64,000 nt of DNA, taken from the NCBI GenBank assembly GCA_963791045.1, contig CAWBQK010000015.1:64001-128000 (forward strand), given 5' to 3'. The notes under the pieces are model-generated. The model ran no database searches, was not told the DNA's origin, and saw only the letters and a list, made by a program, of their open reading frames with translations. Shown here piece after piece: positions 18,865 to 29,857 of the stretch. The stretch comes from Candidatus Latescibacterota bacterium. Lineage in GTDB: Bacteria > Krumholzibacteriota > Krumholzibacteriia > WVZY01. How positions within the stretch are numbered: the stretch's first letter is position 1; every line of letters starts with the position of its first letter. The translations under genes were made by a program, and so were the position numbers.

Positions 18865-19494
18865 TCAATTCAGCCGGAAGTTGAAGGGAATCATCACGTG
18901 CGCCTTCACCGGTGTCGTCCTCTGCTTGGCCGGCTTGAAGCGGCACTTCATCGCCGCCTCGACCGCCGCCTGTTCCATCGCAGGCGACACGTCTGACGAC
19001 AGAACATCCGCGGCAAGCACTTTGCCGTCCTCCGCAACCAGAACCCGAACCCGGACCGTACCCTCAAACCCCGCCTCGCGAGCCAGCGACGGATATTTCG
19101 GAGACACGAAGTCGACCATTACGGGCGGTTCATCGAATGCGAGGAAGACGCCTGAGTCGCCGCCACCGGGCGGCGGGGGCGGCGGCATGTCAGAGAAATC
19201 CTCAAACGTTGTTTCGGGCATATCCTCGAGATCGTCCGCGTCATCGTCCGTGGCAGCCTCGACAGGAACCTGAGGCATGGCGACTTCTTTGGGCGGAGGT
19301 GGGATCTCAATTTGTTCGGCCATCTCGACCACTTCAAATTTTTCTTCTTTGAGCTGGTATGGCTTGAATGTAAACGGCGGAGAGAGAATGAATGTCAGGC
19401 CATGGATCACCACAGCCCCCAAGATGGCATACCGGAGGTATTTGCTGTATTGGGCTTTAAACTCAACATTTGCTGTGGCTGTCAACTGGGCCAT
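18865..19494 (-). CDS. tonB: Energy transducer TonB
   Basis: N-terminal TM with His, Pro/acidic linker, YP-x-LA...GxEG-x-V...FKPA C-terminal domain. Confidence 0.92.
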   Translation of the reverse strand: MAQLTATANVEFKAQYSKYLRYAILGAVVIHGLTFILSPPFTFKPYQLKEEKFEVVEMAEQIEIPPPPKEVAMPQVPVEAATDDDADDLEDMPETTFEDFSDMPPPPPPGGGDSGVFLAFDEPPVMVDFVSPKYPSLAREAGFEGTVRVRVLVAEDGKVLAADVLSSDVSPAMEQAAVEAAMKCRFKPAKQRTTPVKAHVMIPFNFRLN

Positions 19495-19501
19495 TCGTAT
19501 C

Positions 19502-19918
19502 CTATCTCCCTTTTGTTTCCTGGATCACTCGTAAAGGACACCCTGACCGCATTGGCTTCTTTGAGTTGCTCCATTACATCGGAAACAACTCCGTTTGGCG
19601 TCCTGTGATCGGCGTTGAAGGCAACGATCAAGAGTGGGATTCTCAGCCATGGAGTTCAACATGAGATCCTTGATTTGCTTCAGTTGAACCAGCTTGTCCT
19701 GGATCGAAATATGCCCAACGGGATCGATCCAAACCCTGAGGATCTGTTCGCGTTTCTGCTTCGCGGCCGTTTCGGCGCGCGGAAGCGTGATCGGCAGACC
19801 CGTCCTCCATCTTAAAGATGGTGGTTGTCATGAAGAAGATCAACAAGAGGAACGCGATATCCGCCATCGAGGATGTCGGCACCTTGTTCTCGATTTTCGA
19901 ATCGCGGTTAAAATTCAT
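19502..19918 (-). CDS. exbD: ExbD/TolR family protein 2 (frameshifted; end approximate)
   Basis: SMADIAFLLLIFFMTTT with the conserved TM Asp; remainder recoverable across indels (EANAVRVSF). Confidence 0.8.
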
Positions 19919-19921
19919 CCC

Positions 19922-20336
19922 TTATCCCCCACCGTACGGATTCATCGTCTTCAGAGATATCCTCCGCGCATCGGCGAGACGAAGTTCATCCAGAATATCG
20001 ATCATCAAACCATAATCGCTGTCCGGATGGGTTTCGATGACGATAACAAGCTTTTCATTTTCCGCGAGCTTTCTCTCGATGAGCGGTCCTCAGCCGCGGG
20101 AAGCGGTACGACTTCCTTGTCGATTGCGATCGAACCGTTGGCATTAGCCTGGACGATCAGAAGATTATTCCGCTTCATCTTGACCGATCGTTGATTTCTG
20201 ACCGGGAAGAACAGAGGAATACCCTGCTCAAGCGCAAATATCGTCGTCACAAGAAAGAAGATCAGGAGAAGGAATGCGATATCGGACATCGCGCCCGCAT
20301 GAATCTCCCGCCGGTCTCTTTTTCGCTCTTTTTCAT
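19922..20336 (-). CDS. exbD: ExbD/TolR family protein 1 (frameshifted)
   Basis: MSDIAFLLLIFFLVTT motif; ATGA overlap with the exbB stop; C-terminus ADARRISLK. Confidence 0.8.
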
Positions 20337-21243
20337 GCCCACGATACGCTCAATTGGAGCGTCGTCGCCAGTGCGATTACTGCGCCTTGTTCCAGCTCGA
20401 TAAGCTCGTTAATAAGTTCAGCGCTGGCCTCTTCCATCTCGGTGATAAAACGGTCGATCTGCGCGACAAAGAAGTTGTGCATGATATTCTGCCGGAATAG
20501 CGATAATAAGACCTGTCGCCGTTGTGATAAGCGCTTCCTGGATACCCGACGCCACGAGCTTTGCGCTGACCTGCTCGGCTGCCGCGATCGCGGCAAACGC
20601 GCTGATCATACCGGACACCGTTCCAAGGAACCCAAGCAGCGGCCAACGTTACCAACCGTAGAGATCGCGACGAGACCTCTCTCGAGAAATGACATCTCGA
20701 TCGTTCCAGATGTCTCGATGGCTTTCTGCCACCGCCTCCGGACCATGATTGGCTCTCATCAAACCCGAATGAAGAATGGCCGCAATCGGGCCGCGAGTGC
20801 TTTCACATTCTTCAAGTGCACCTTGAACTCCGTATTCGCGGAGGGCATTTATCACTCGTCCCATCAGACGCTCTAACATTCGTGCGTGCGCGGGACAACG
20901 TCCAAAGCCGTTCAATGATAAACACCAGGCCGATGACAGATGCGAGCAACAGGAGATGCATGAACAACCCGCCCTCATATAGTTCGTGCCGATACCGCTG
21001 TTCTTCACACGATAGGAAAAAGTGCTTTGTTCCTTCTTTGATCATCGCCTGGATTTCCTGGCGAGCACAGTCGAGTCGTTGGGTGCCATTGCGAGCGAGT
21101 CGGTAGCAGGTGCGACGTATACGTTGGAGCCGCAGTCGCCGGCGCCTCCTCCTCTTGTGCCCCCAGCAAATATCCCATGGCGAGCAACACCAGCAGAGCA
21201 TTGAGAACAATAGCGCTCGATTAACAGAACGGTTCACACGCAT
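20333..21243 (-). CDS. exbB: ExbB/MotA/TolQ proton channel with N-terminal extension (multiply frameshifted)
   Basis: Fragments [25 protein letters not shown] and [15 protein letters not shown] in alternating frames. Confidence 0.85.
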
Positions 21244-21442
21244 CGCAACGAACTCCTTTACGACAAGTTAATGTTGTGGGAAGATTGTAATACGAATAGC
21301 TTCCTATAGAAAGAATTAGCATTTTGCCGCGTAACAAAAAGAGTTCTAATCCACCAACATGGATGGTGTCAATACAAAACTGAAGACCTATGGGGAGTCG
21401 AAGCCAGGTGGGGTGGGCAACCTAACTCAAGGTCGGTCCGCT

Positions 21443-22997
21443 TCACTTAGTTAGCATAATCGAACTACTCTCCAACTTATACCTGCCATAACCTTCTGTG
21501 TCAATGAAAATAAACCTCATACCGATATCTTGCTCCATCGCCTTGTCCCGCTCGCGAATCGGGTTTCCGCCTTCGGTTCGTAGATCCAGAGCTCGTAAGG
21601 GAACCCAACGTTGCCCTGCTCCCCAACCACGCTGATCCGGCGGGCATCGACGACAATATTCTCGCCGGGCCGCGAATACCGCAGCCGCGTCCCGTTGGTG
21701 CTGTAATCGACCGGGTGGTATTTGTCGTCGACTTTCTGCATGGCGTCGGAGATCGATTCCCTGTTTTCCGGCACCACGTCAACCTCCATATCGTCTGGGG
21801 GGCCATATCGCATATAAATCAGCCGCGCTCTCTGAAAATAATCCCGACTGGTAATCGGTAAACTTGCTGTTTGCACGTATGTCCAGCCGGGCCAGGAACT
21901 CCTGATAGGCCTCGTTGTACCCCGTATATGGTGTCGGGATCAAGTTCTTTCCACATGGTCATCGAGATTTTTTCCTGTTCGCCAAGACTCTATGTTCTCA
22001 AAATCCTTAGAAATTCTCTGGTCGCTCAGGAGAAATCGGGCCTCCGTCAGGTAGTCCGCCGGGATAACCTCCCAGGTTCGATGTCCCACGCCATGCTAAA
22101 TCCCCGACCGCATCCGCACCAGGAGCTGATCGGATATTCCGGCATTCACATAAAGCGTGTACCAGCCGGCATCAACGTCATTGATATCTTCCTTTATCAC
22201 AATAGGATAAATAACGAGGTGGATCTCCCGGCAGCGACTTGAGCTTTGGCAGCGGAAGCGCCGATTCTCTGATCAGATCTCGCCTTCGGAATCGAGCATC
22301 TGCATCGCAAAATCGATGATCCTGGTGTCGACCAACGATCGGCGGCACATAGGACTTCAATATAGACACACAACGAGTCCCGATGGAGACCGTAAAGCGG
22401 GTCGGGTTTGGGTGAAACGAATCCGTTCTGGGCCCTTGTTTTCGACTATTCCACAGAAATTTCGCCCCGCTGACCGACATCGCGCATCCGGGTTGAAACT
22501 CGGGGACGGTCAGAACGGTAGTATTCCACGCTCCTGAGTCGTTGTTTGCCACCCACCATTCCCACAATGAGACTTTGGGCGAATTATATCGTCCAGACCT
22601 CGCAGGCGAGGATGTAGTCCCCGTTTTGCGAGATTGAACCTCTTGATAACGGTGTGGAACTGGAGACGGGCATCTCTGCTGCATCTTTATTGGTCTCTCG
22701 TGAATTTCAGATCCTCGTTTATCGTTTCAATGACCTTCCCCCGCGGGTTCATTATCTCGATCCGCAGGCGGACCTGGCCTTCGTATTTCCCCTCCACCTC
22801 TTTGAACCTAAGCTCCGAATTGCGGACCCTCAAATACACTTCGGTGACCGATTGTCCGTCGTCCCCCAAAAAAGTCGCCGAATCAAAAAAAAGTTCGAAA
22901 TTGCCGCGGCCGACAGTGGGCGCGGCGGTGGAGATTCCCGCAGTCATCAGAAAGTGATGATGAGCAAACCGAAGATATGATTACGGGAAACTCTCAT
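21443..22997 (-). CDS. Second GWxTD-family secreted protein with degenerate motif (multiply frameshifted)
   Basis: Signal peptide; reconstructed WKELDPTP...YNEAYQEFLARL, GLFSE-RG-LIYMRYGPPD, YELWIY and FIFIDTEGYGRYKL. Confidence 0.72.
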
Positions 22998-23069
22998 GGG
23001 CGCCTCCATGCGGGGTCGAAGTGTCTTATCTACAATCAAGTTAACCAGTGAACGTCCAATTCTCAACAG

Positions 23070-23100
23070 AAATGGGCACCCAAGGGTGGGGTGCCCATTT
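23070..23100 (-). terminator. Stem-loop between the porV-like and GWxTD genes
   Basis: AAATGGGCACC...GGTGCCCATTT inverted repeat with only a short T tail. Confidence 0.5.
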
Positions 23101-23135
23101 TAAAGATCGCTTTCCGGCCTCCGATGAGCCAGTAA

Positions 23136-24085
23136 CTAGTAGCTGAATCCCAGCGAAACGCGATGGACATCGCCAAGGAATCCCAGAGCTTCCCAGGAAT
23201 AACCGAAATTCAGATCCGACGTCTGTGTCGTATCGATCTGAAGACCGAATCCAGCCGCGGCTCCCTGCTGTCATAACCAAAGTTGTATCCTCCCCGAGGA
23301 TAGAAAAACTGGTTGAACGAATACTCGCCGCCAAGATTCACCGTTTCGGTATTGTCCGAGGGATGACCGAAAACTCGCCGAGCGCCAAGAGACTATGCGC
23401 CCCGCGCTGGTACGCGGCCATGGACAAACCAATCTTGAATGTCGTTGGGATTTTCGAGTCCCGGCTATCGTAATCGACTTTACCGCCGAGACTTTGAATC
23501 ATCATACCGAGCCGCATACCCCTGAAACCGATCCTGTAGATAAGACCGAAATCAATCGCATACGTGTTCACGCTTTTTTCCGCAAGTCCGGAGTGAATGA
23601 AATGAACCGTTCCACCGGCGGAGAACTTGTCGGTGAAGAACTGCGCATAGGATAGAGCCAAAGACATATCACCGGCATCGAATTCGCGTCCCGTTCCACC
23701 GGGCAAAAAAATCGTCCGCTCTTTTTGCGGATCGAGAGACAGCGCTCTGCCGAGGCACCCCACGTACCGGGCAAAAACGGCATGGTAAACACAGCCGACG
23801 CATAGTCCAGCGCCATATCAGCCGGCCAAAACGTATGCTCCAGGACAATTGCCGTATTGGTGATATCAACCATACCTGCAGGATTCCAATAAGTTGCCGA
23901 AGCATCATCTGCCAACGCCGTAAACGCGCCGCCCATACCCGTCGCCCGCGAGGATGGGCCGATCTTAAGAAATTGGAGAGAATACGTACCAACTTTGGCG
24001 AACGGTTCTGTCGCCAAACGTGGATGGGCATAAGGAGGACCAGACAATCACGAGATCATAGTCAACAAAACACTTTCGATCGCAC
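23136..24085 (-). CDS. PorV/PorQ family outer-membrane barrel (frameshifted)
   Basis: FLKIGPSSRATGMGGAFTALADDASATYWNPAG signature, DFGLIY, C-terminus HRVSLGFSY; GAGGAGG SD. Confidence 0.85.
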
Positions 24086-24169
24086 AGTCCAAACCTCCTC
24101 GGACTCTATTTGGACCCTGTGGGGGCAACATCATACAATGCGTAAAAATCTACGATTCAACAGTTTAAT

Positions 24170-27100
24170 CTAAAACTCAAATCCAAACCCGATCCGCCAG
24201 ATTCTGTGTTGTTCCAAAACGTCGGATCGTTGACCGGGAATAAAATCATCTACGCCCGTCATCGTCGATATCCTGAAGATACGCGCCGCCGTAACGCCCG
24301 GTCTCGGTCAGATAGGATCCGTTATCCATTCCGCGCAACAACCATGCCGGGGAACACAGCCGGAGCATCTCCGTTGGGTAAGAGGATATCTTCGTCGAGA
24401 AGATTCCGGCCCTCGAAGAACAGCGTCAATTCGCGTCCGTAAATACTAAATCTCTTACGACCCTGCACACTCAACCGGTGCTGCGGTCGGCAGACGCCGC
24501 GAGTTTTCCCAGGAGGGATCCTGCAGACGGGCGAACCGGTCGATCGGTGTCCACGGCAAACCGCTGCCATACGAGTAGATCGCCGTCGCACCCCAGTTGT
24601 TTCGATCCTGGAGACGCAAGGTCAGGTTGAACGTATGCCGCTGGTCCCAATTGAGCGGAAGCTCATCGGTCGGAAGGTGAGTAAGTCCCTCCGCCGAACG
24701 GCCAAAGTCAGCGTCGCTGGCCACGCCATCGGCAAACGAGTACGTGTAGTAGGCCTCGAACCCAAAGTTCCTCGTCAGACGTTTCTCGAGCGAAATCTCC
24801 AGACCGCGCGAACTCGCGTAGGTTTTATTGATATAGCGGATGCTCTGAATGTTGGTCGAGTCATCGGTCACACGTGTTGATGAAACCAGTCCGTAAATGT
24901 CTTTGCTAAACACGACGAAGTTGCCCGCCAGGCTTTCGGTGAACTGATGGGAGATCCCGGCCTGATAAGAGACGGTCAGCTCCTCACCAAGGTTCGGGTT
25001 CCCAAGCGTTCCGAACGTGCCGATAGCATCCTGCGTGGCAGAAAAGGTACTCATGGCTCGGCCACTGCGTAAATCGGCCATAATGGAAAAAGAACTTGTC
25101 CCGATCGGTGATCGGGAAACGCAAACCCAAGCCGCGGCGACCAGTTAAACTTATGTTTCTCGACTTGCGGATCAACTTCCGCGCTGTTGATCAGAATTTC
25201 CTTGTTGTTTCCCGTGGAGAAGTACTCGAAACGAACCCCGCCGTTGACGACCATACCCTCGTATTCCCACTTATCCTGGATGTAGAGGGCTGCCTCAGGG
25301 TTGAAGTTCCGGAATTGGTTAACATTTAGACCCTGCTGAACGGATCCATCGGCGTTGAGACGCTGGAGTCCCGGTTGGGTTCGGTCGTCTTGATGGAGAT
25401 CGTTGTAGAGCACCATGAAGCCGCCCTTCAATCGATGCCCTCTGACACGTTCCGATGTCAAGTCGCTCTTGATCAGCCATGTCACCGATTGCCTGTCACG
25501 ATAGAACGGATAATCATAGGCTGTGACAAAATAGGGATTGTCGCTGTCGGTGTACCATACCGACTGGCTCACACCACTTCGAATCTGGGATCCATCCGGC
25601 ATATCGGTAGGGAGACCGGCCGTCGAGTATTCCGCCGGTTCTTTGCCGTTGACCGTGCGTTTCTGGTTAAACGCGATACGACTAAGATTGACCGTGTATA
25701 GGAGATCGTCAGAGATGTTGTGATTGAACCCAAGCTTGAGCTGAAGGTTCGTGTTTTCGGTTTCCGGCGTCCGGCTCGCAGAGTTGAACCATACGTATGA
25801 AGAATCTTCTGCGAAGTTGCTGAATCCACTGCCCGGGAACTGGAATCCTTCAAAGAGAACCCAAGGCCTGTATTGGCCCAAGAACTCGCCGTTTTCGTTG
25901 ACTATCGCCTCATCCCAGAGAATCGTAATCGGGTCGGCGCTGCCCTGACGGGGAATATCAACCGCTCGGAAATTATAGTAAGTAATGAGCTGTTGCTCGT
26001 TTGTTTCCGGGTCGCGGATCAGCTGTTCGACAACGACAAACCGCGGATTCGGCTGTTTGGTTTGATCATTCACGTCATTGAGCCACTCGCCTTCGTATTC
26101 GGACCAGATGCCGCCGAACTCGAAGACATCAACACCCGACTGCGTCGCTCGCAGACTTTGGAACAAATACTGTTTCTGAGTGTATCCCTGAATGTTCCAG
26201 TTGTGATAGTAGGTATCAAACGTCGACTTCTGGATAATCGCCTCACCGGTTACTTTGAACGGCGCATTGTTCCATGTCACTTTTGATTGAAGGTTGTAGC
26301 TGTGGTTCATCCGTTCGCGCCACTTGAGCCAATCGGTCACCTTGGTCTCTTCGCGCGGTTCAACCGTATTATTCTCTCCGTCCGAGAAGGCAGCCTCGCC
26401 GGAGATATAGTACCTGACGCTCCGCCACGGAGTGGGACCACCAAGGCCGAGGCTGACACGGTCAAAGTTCGTGTAGGTTTTGTCCTGCCGGCCAAAGTCA
26501 TCGGTAAAATACCTGAATTCGCCACCGAAAACCGGCCCGCCTTCTTTGGTCTGAACATTGATAACACCGGACTGGGCGTTACCGTATTCGGCGTCCATCC
26601 CACCGGCGATGAACTCCGAACCCGACGTCCCCAACATCCCCACACCCATCGCTCCCCCGCCAAGAGGGTCATCGACAGGAACACCGTCGATCTGCATCTG
26701 AATCTCACCGGTTCGACCGCCACGCGCGTGGAGATCGTCTCCCGTTTTGACGATACCTGTCTTGAGCGCGATCGCGTCGATCGCGTTATCAACGGGCATT
26801 TCCTTGACCTGCTCCTCAGAAACAGTCTGGCGAATATCCGAAGATGTCACGTCAACCATTTCGCGTTCACCGACCACGTTAATAACCTGCGTCGTCGCAA
26901 CGATCGTCTGTTCGAGTGGAAAATCAAGTTCAACGAGCTCTCCGGCATTGATAATGACACCCGGACGCTCGATCGTCTTGTAACCCATCATCATCACTTT
27001 GACGGTATACGTTCCCGCAGGGACACCGGTAACGTTGTAGCTACCGTTGTCCAAACTCATCGCTCCCTTGGTCGTCCCCGCCAACACGATGTTTGCGAAA

Positions 27101-27246
27101 CCAAGAGGCGCCTTTGTTTTCGAGTCTGTGATCTTGCCGGTGATCTGCGCTGTCCCCTGAGCGAAAACGGCAACATTAGAAACGCAGAGAAGAGCAAAAA
27201 GGAGACACGCGCCGGCGAGCAGCCTCACCTTAGCATCTCCAAACAT
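24170..27246 (-). CDS. TonB-dependent receptor with N-terminal carboxypeptidase-regulatory-like domain (C-terminal third frameshifted)
   Basis: Signal peptide (VFA|Q), ITGKITD, plug RGGR...IDG, GGMDAEYGNAQSGVIN, SPRLG, GNPNL, C-terminal GFEF. Confidence 0.9.
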
Positions 27247-27401
27247 GGCGTACCCCTTTCGATATTCCCGAGTTAGCGGTTGTTCTGGGTGGGGACCGAA
27301 CAACAGATCAGAGCTTAAGAAAAAGTCCCTAAGATCGAGGGTGGGGCCACTATAGCATAGTCGCGGAATCGATTCTAGCGAATAAACTGACTTCCAAACA
27401 A

Positions 27402-27430
27402 AATATATTTTACGCCGAGCGCTGTGTCAA
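27402..27430 (-). promoter_or_regulatory. Sigma70 promoter for the TBDR-porV operon
   Basis: TTGACA, 17 bp, TATATT; a second extended -10 (TGcTATAGT) lies near 27349-27357. Confidence 0.65.
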
Positions 27431-27444
27431 CCATTTTGCCGCGC

Positions 27445-28443
27445 CTAACTTACGTTCTCTTCTTTGGCGACCCAACAGCTCACCAGATGCCCCCCAATGG
27501 ACTCGAGCCCGGGAACGTCCGTCCGGCACCTTGGCTGCGCCTTCGGACACCGCGGATGGAACGGGCACCCCGGGGGTACGTCGGCCGGGCTGGGAACATC
27601 CCCCGCGAGGACAATCCGGCTACTGCGCCGTTGCGGATCGAGACTGGGAATCGCACTCATAAGCGCCTGAGTATAAGGATGTTTTGCATTTCGATAAAGA
27701 GACGTGCTATTGGCAAGCTCAACAATTTTCCCAAGATACATCACGGCGACTCGATCGCTGATGTACTCGACAACACTCAAGTCGTGCGCAATAAATAGAA
27801 ATGTCAGACCGAACTCCTGTTGGAGGTCCTTGAGGAGATTGAGAATCTGAGCCTGAATCGACACGTCGAGCGCACTGACGGGTTCGTCGGCAATTATAAG
27901 ATCGGGTCCGACGGCGAGGCTTCGCGCGATACCGATCCTCTGCCTCTGACCTCCCGAAAACTCGTGCGGGTAGCGATTCATATGATCCGCGGGGATCCCC
28001 ACTCGGTCGAGCAGATCCGCGACCCGGCGTTTGACCGCGGGACCTTTTGCAAGCTTATGAATTTTAATAGCTTCGGAAATCATACTCCCCACCGTTAGCC
28101 TGGGATTCAGAGAGCCGTACGGATCCTGGAAAATGATCTGCATCCGCTTTCTGAGGCGGCGAAGCGGCTTTCCCTTTAATGAGAGGACGGGAATCCCGTC
28201 AAACAGGACATCCCCCGACGTGGGTTCGATCAGTCGAAGGATCGCGCGCGCCATAGTCGTCTTACCGCACCCCGATTCGCCCACCAGGCCGAGGACCTCC
28301 CCACGGCGAACTTCAAAACTCACACCGTCGACGGCCTTCACATGCCCGGCGACGCGCGAAAAAAACCCCTTCCTCACGGGAAAGTACTTTTTGAGATCGC
28401 GAACCTCGAGAAGCGACCCGTTCTTATGTTCTGATTGATTCAT
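27445..28443 (-). CDS. Oligopeptide ABC ATPase (OppF/DppF)
   Basis: [24 protein letters not shown] and HPY motifs; C-terminal CPFHPRC. Confidence 0.95.
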   Translation of the reverse strand: MNQSEHKNGSLLEVRDLKKYFPVRKGFFSRVAGHVKAVDGVSFEVRRGEVLGLVGESGCGKTTMARAILRLIEPTSGDVLFDGIPVLSLKGKPLRRLRKRMQIIFQDPYGSLNPRLTVGSMISEAIKIHKLAKGPAVKRRVADLLDRVGIPADHMNRYPHEFSGGQRQRIGIARSLAVGPDLIIADEPVSALDVSIQAQILNLLKDLQQEFGLTFLFIAHDLSVVEYISDRVAVMYLGKIVELANSTSLYRNAKHPYTQALMSAIPSLDPQRRSSRIVLAGDVPSPADVPPGCPFHPRCPKAQPRCRTDVPGLESIGGHLVSCWVAKEENVS

Positions 28444-28460
28444 TCGCAGAGACCTTCATG

Positions 28461-29444
28461 TCAGTTCGTTTCGTCCGCCGCGACATCTTTCCAGCACCGC
28501 GTCATATGGCCGGGTGCAACTTCGCGCAGCTCGATCTCACCACGTGAACATCGTCCCTCGGCAAACGGGCACCGCTCGCGAAACCGGCACCCGGACGGGT
28601 ACGCAAATGGATCGGGGACACGCCCCGCAATCACCTTGAGTTTCCCGCCCTTTTGCGTGGGCCTCGGGATAGATTCCTGGAGTCCGATAGTATAGGGATG
28701 GCGCGGCCGATAGAACAAATCGACGACCGATGCCGTCTCAACCACCTGCCCGGCGTACATTACAACCACCCGCCTTGCCGTTTCGGCGATGACCCCCAGA
28801 TCGTGTGTAATCATTAATACGGCCATCCCCAGCCTCTCTTGCAGGGACTGGAGAAGTTCGAGTATCTGTGCCTGGATGGTAACGTCGAGCGCCGTCGTCG
28901 GCTCATCGGCTATGAGGAGGCTCGGGTTGCACGACAACGCCATCGCGATCATGACCCGCTGGCGCATCCCCCCGCTCAACTGGTGAGGGTAGGACTTCGC
29001 ACATCCGCGCGGATCGGGAATCCCGACGAGCTGAAGCATGTCGCGCGTTCGTTCGGACGCCTCTTTTTTACCAACGTTCTGGTGGAGCAACACGGCTTCG
29101 TCGACCTGGTACCCGCAGGTAAAAACGGGATTGAGACTCGTCATCGGCTCCTGGAAAATCATGGAAATTTCGTTTCCGCGGACCCTACGCATCTCGCGTT
29201 CGGAGAGAGCCAACAGGTTGTTGTCTTTAAAAATAATTTCTCCGGAGTCGATTCGACCGGGGGGGCTCGATATTAAACGGAGAATGGCAAGCGCGGTAAC
29301 GGTTTTGCCGCAACCGCTTTCGCCGACAACGCCAAGCGTTTCGCCGGGAAGCACGTTAAAACTCACATCGTCGACAGCCGTCGCCGTTCCCTGCTCGGTG
29401 CGAAAGCTGCACGTGAGATTTTTGATTTCCATGAGGCTTTGCAT
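28461..29444 (-). CDS. Oligopeptide ABC ATPase (OppD/DppD)
   Basis: [26 protein letters not shown] and DEPTTALD motifs. Confidence 0.95.
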   Translation of the reverse strand: MQSLMEIKNLTCSFRTEQGTATAVDDVSFNVLPGETLGVVGESGCGKTVTALAILRLISSPPGRIDSGEIIFKDNNLLALSEREMRRVRGNEISMIFQEPMTSLNPVFTCGYQVDEAVLLHQNVGKKEASERTRDMLQLVGIPDPRGCAKSYPHQLSGGMRQRVMIAMALSCNPSLLIADEPTTALDVTIQAQILELLQSLQERLGMAVLMITHDLGVIAETARRVVVMYAGQVVETASVVDLFYRPRHPYTIGLQESIPRPTQKGGKLKVIAGRVPDPFAYPSGCRFRERCPFAEGRCSRGEIELREVAPGHMTRCWKDVAADETN

Positions 29445-29486
29445 TGAACACCCGATGTTGAAGTCCGCTTCAGCCGTCTATAGGGC

Positions 29487-29516
29487 ACTCTAGATTCTCC
29501 CGCCCCAACGTATCAA
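29487..29516 (-). promoter_or_regulatory. Candidate internal promoter for oppDF
   Basis: TTGATA, 18 bp, TAGAGT. Confidence 0.4.
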
Positions 29517-29577
29517 GCGAAATCACCCACGCATGTTGGCGACGGCGCGGCTGTGTCCGAGGCAACACGTGCGATCT

Positions 29578-29828
29578 GCCTTGCGCTCGCACTACGCTGC
29601 GCAGGCGCGGGTCCTGTCATCGATCACCCCACGCTTGCTCGCTTAAGCTTCGTGCGGCTTACTGCCTGGGTTGTTGGAGCCATTGGTCACGATACCCGCA
29701 CTTCGCTCACGCTGTTCGCCCGGATCGCTGATTCGCAGATAGCAGCGATTTGCACTCGGTTTACTCATGCGCCGGCAACAATGCCGTGCGTGCCACCCGC
29801 ACTCCGCTACGCTCGACGTGCGCGGGGG
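29578..29828. repeat. Cluster of degenerate REP-like palindromes
   Basis: ACCCGCACTTCGCTCACGCT (29694) and ACCCGCACTCCGCTACGCT (29795), plus two weaker GC-stem copies near 29578 and 29627. Confidence 0.45.
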
Positions 29829-29857
29829 CCCCATCGATGCCACCCGCGCCTGCGAGT

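Noticed and set aside
29520-29857. CRISPR array in the oppC-oppD spacer
   Set aside because: Repeats are degenerate and irregularly spaced, and no cas genes are present.
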